From the NCBI GenBank assembly GCA_965112635.1, contig OZ218778.1, forward strand, positions 1,376,001 to 1,440,000: a stretch of DNA of 64,000 nt, in the 5' to 3' direction. This document shows, one piece after another, positions 63,613-64,000 of this stretch. The position numbers and the translations under genes are program-made. The notes beneath the pieces were generated by a model. The model did not search any database and was not told the origin of the DNA. It worked only from the letters and a program-made list of their open reading frames with translations. Within the stretch, counting starts at the first letter, position 1. Every line of letters begins with the position of its first letter. The stretch is from an uncultured bacterium. GTDB taxonomy: Bacteria > Oederibacteriota > Oederibacteriia > Oederibacteriales > Oederibacteriaceae.

Positions 63613-63698
63613 GGAGGGCTAGCTCTAACGGTAAGACACCAGACTTGAAATCTGGCGGCCGCAAGGCCTTGGGGGTTCAAATCCCTCGCCCTCCGCCA
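63613..63698 (+). tRNA. tRNA-Ser(TGA) with irregular D stem
   Basis: GGAGGGC/GCCCTCC acceptor stem, G73, CCAGA-CTTGAAA-TCTGG anticodon arm, GGCC-GCAA-GGCC variable arm, CCA. Confidence 0.88.
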
Positions 63699-63734
63699 TT
63701 CAGTAGTGTGCCGTAATGCGGTACACTACTGAAT
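63698..63734 (+). terminator. Hairpin immediately 3' of tRNA-Ser
   Basis: attcagtagtgtgccg / cggtacactactgaat stem; no clear T tract. Confidence 0.45.
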
Positions 63735-63947
63735 AATGAATGACGAAGAGGGATTTGAAGCCAATCCGAGTCAAAATCGCTTTTTGACACAATCGCATTG
63801 GAGCGGAAACGCATTATTATAAATTTCCAATGCTTTTGAGCGCTGCCTGTGGCAGATGAAGCGAGGATGGCCGGCTTCGGAGGAGCCTGCGAGAGCAGGC
63901 GGGAGAGAAGAAATCCCTCGCGGTATATGAGCTTTTCCTGAGGAGTT

Positions 63948-64000
63948 ATGAAAAGAGCGCTAGTCTTATTTGTTCTATTTTTTATCTTATGGCCTCGTTT
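63948..64000 (+). CDS. Start of a probable secreted or membrane protein running off the window
   Basis: GAGGAG RBS, MKRALVLFVLFFILWPR signal-like start. Confidence 0.55.
   Translation, partial: MKRALVLFVLFFILWPR

Noticed and set aside
63613-63698. Possible selenocysteine tRNA or 8/4 allo-tRNA
   Set aside because: Anticodon is TGA (Ser), not TCA, and the acceptor/T stems fit 7/5.

Overview
Chromosomal window from a diderm, LPS-producing bacterium; separate lpxC and fabZ genes argue against Bacteroidota. Left part (1-29183): PA14-domain protein, TolC plus RND pump, epimerase, YfhO-like protein, then lysS-lolC/E-lolD-ilvE-bioY-clpC-tamB-like-bamA-skp-lpxD-lpxC-fabZ-lpxA. Middle part (about 29261-51083): a roughly 21.8 kb island integrated in tRNA-Cys at the anticodon loop, with the 5' half of the tRNA duplicated. 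It carries a tyrosine integrase, an excisionase, an ImmR/ImmA-like pair, two toxin-antitoxin modules, secreted proteins with T9SS-like C-terminal domains plus a PorV-like barrel, and two mosaic copies of a 3206-bp IS481-like element that encodes two different DDE proteins. Right part: tRNA-Cys, tRNA-Val, thrS, DUF1499, ligA, polA, SRPBCC, tRNA-Leu, tRNA-fMet, a ThyA-like gene, a GNAT, an ECF sigma/anti-sigma/Cys-rich sensor/exported metallothionein-like operon, and a tRNA-Ser flanked by hairpin-rich elements built from pieces of that tRNA. All calls were made by eye from the sequence and the ORF track; no searches or alignments were run.
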